Below, piece by piece: positions 62,040-64,000 of a stretch of 64,000 nucleotides of DNA; position 1 is the stretch's first letter; each line of letters starts with the position of its first letter. The DNA comes from Cycas panzhihuaensis (lineage: Eukaryota > Plantae > Cycadophyta), in contig CM041465.1 of the NCBI GenBank assembly GCA_023213395.1, positions 65,665,741-65,729,740 on the forward strand, read 5' to 3'. A program made the translations under genes and the position numbers. Under the pieces are notes generated by a model, which saw only the letters and a list, made by a program, of their open reading frames with translations, was not told where the DNA came from and made no database searches.

Positions 62040-64000
62040 TGATAGTAGGGTTGAATAAAGTATACATCTAATGTAAGGTTAGGTGGACATGATAAGATCA
62101 AAGGCTACTTGGAAATACTAGTAGAGCCCTACTCTTTTAATTTTTAATCTTCTTTGATAATTAAAAGAATGGCACAATGGTTTAATGGTGATTAAGAAGG
62201 TGGATTTTATCTATCAATAAGGTTTTCTCACTATTTGAGGTCTAAAATCAATATTAGCCATACTATTCAAACAATGTTAGGCTTGTGTTGAAGCTACCTA
62301 GGGTTGGTTGGCTGTGTTGGGCACTTTATATAACTATTAGGAAAATTTTAAAGGTGATCTAATAGTATTAGGCTCTATTGATAAGAGAATTAGACTCTAT
62401 TTAAAGATCATTTAGATATGTTGGGCATCAAAGAGGTTATTGAAACCTTCTGTGTATATGATTAGATCTATTTGAATAGTTTTATAAATCATGTTTGTGG
62501 TATGGTGATGTATTTTATTATATATAAATGTTTAGATGCTTGTTTTAGAGTTAATTCTCTTATTTAAAGGTTGTTCATCCATTTATACTAGTGGGAATAC
62601 AAATGTGGTACATCATGATTTATTAGAGATGCAATGATTCATAATTAAGATTATATTCTTCTTCAAGCTTATAAACCTTGGGTTATGATCATAATTATTA
62701 ATTGCTCATCTTCATATAAAGTCACATATGCCTTAAAACGTTATACCCATATCTCTTTGGAGGAAACCATTACATGTTGGAGTAAAACTTCTTGATTGAT
62801 GAGTGATTTAATCGCTGGTTGGAAGCATGGATTTGAATCATCAAGGAGTGGAGATGATTTTGCGTATATTGGAAGCTATATAAACTAATTCAAAGCTTAG
62901 TTGTTTCTCATTTGGAGATTGTATTCATTACACAAAGTCATATGAAAAACACTTTGATGTCATGAAAGCTTATGGAGAAACTATATATAGATTAGTTGTG
63001 TTAAAACCTTGTTCTAATATAAAGACATCATATGATGATCCTACTTAATGAGAGCTCAGTTTGGAGCTTGTTTAGAAGATGAACTGATATTGTAATGGAG
63101 CATGTTATATGTGTTTGTGAGTTACTATAGGTGTTATGATGCTTTGCATGTGTATCAAATTAAGTGATAATGTTATACTTACTAATTACCTAAAAGAGTG
63201 TGACCAAGTGAATTAACATAGAAATTTATTTTAAAATATTATGATACATATGAGGTGAAATGTTATGTATTTGGAGAGAATAAAGTTATGTATGGAGCAT
63301 AGAGACCCTACATATGAAGTATGAGGCTATGTATATAATATGTGAAGTTAATATAAAGCATGGGAGCCATATATAAAGCATAAAATATTAAGAAAACTTG
63401 GTCTAACTAACCAGCCACCAAGATCTAACTATTTTACAATAATAACAAGGATTTAGAACTATAATAAATACGCATCTCTAAAAATAGAGATTATTAAGCA
63501 TACACATTACCCAGTACTCAAATTTTAGCATGTAAAACTCTAGCAAAGTGCTAGGAAAACATCCATATAAGAAAGAAGATATGCATAATTAGAAGACATA
63601 TCAAAGATGTCACATGTCTATTTTAGGTTAAATCTGATCAATTTATCACATAACAACAAATCAAATGACAACTCAGCTCTACTAGGGTTTTGATTCTTGA
63701 AGGTAGTGGCAGTTATTTGTGTGTAGGTGTGGAGCTCTCTCATCATCTAGGAGGATGACCAACTATCTGGATTGGATTGGAGATGGCAGACGAAGATTTC
63801 TAACTAGGTTTTCCAAGTTGAATAAGAGGCATGGAGGTAGTACTCTAAACCCCTTAGTCATGGGAGTATCTTGTAGCAAAGATGGTTTGGGTGTGACCAT
63901 AGGAGTGGAGAGAGCCCTCTAGACATATATCCTGAGATTCAAACAAGAGATACAGGTTGGAAAGAGTGATAACAGTGTGGAGCACCCAGATATAGTTTAT

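Overview
AT-rich plant heterochromatin made almost entirely of old, nested, pseudogenised LTR retrotransposons. It is probably from a large-genome seed plant, and a gymnosperm is inferred from the Tat-type domain order. I found no intact host gene, RNA gene or CRISPR array. The reconstruction from LTR pairs, PBS/PPT motifs, TSDs and degenerate domain motifs is: (a) a Ty1/Copia (5744-11712, +), interrupted in gag by an OTA-type Ty3/Gypsy (minus strand, ~3-kb LTR, itself carrying a younger related LTR) and in integrase by a gag-only 2.7-kb element; (b) a Gypsy pol remnant with a downstream array built on the palindrome GGTTGCAACC; (c) an LTR/PBS/PPT-bounded non-autonomous segment (16358-19845) that carries antisense fragments of host genes, namely myo-inositol oxygenase and a BAHD acyltransferase; (d) an OTA-type Gypsy pol (+) hosting a chromovirus, which hosts a full-length Copia in its chromodomain, plus a gag-only Gypsy flanked by a ~43-bp duplication; (e) a large Tat-like Gypsy (38244-61686, -) with a separate downstream archaeal-type RNase H region and an antisense PMD-like ORF split by another full-length Copia. 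The most interesting items are the host-exon-capturing segment, the extra-ORF architecture of the Tat-like element, and a hairpin conserved after the TATA box in three otherwise dissimilar LTR families. All protein calls come from manual translation and motif recognition, not from database searches. Boundaries are accurate to a few bp where termini or TSDs are quoted and approximate elsewhere.
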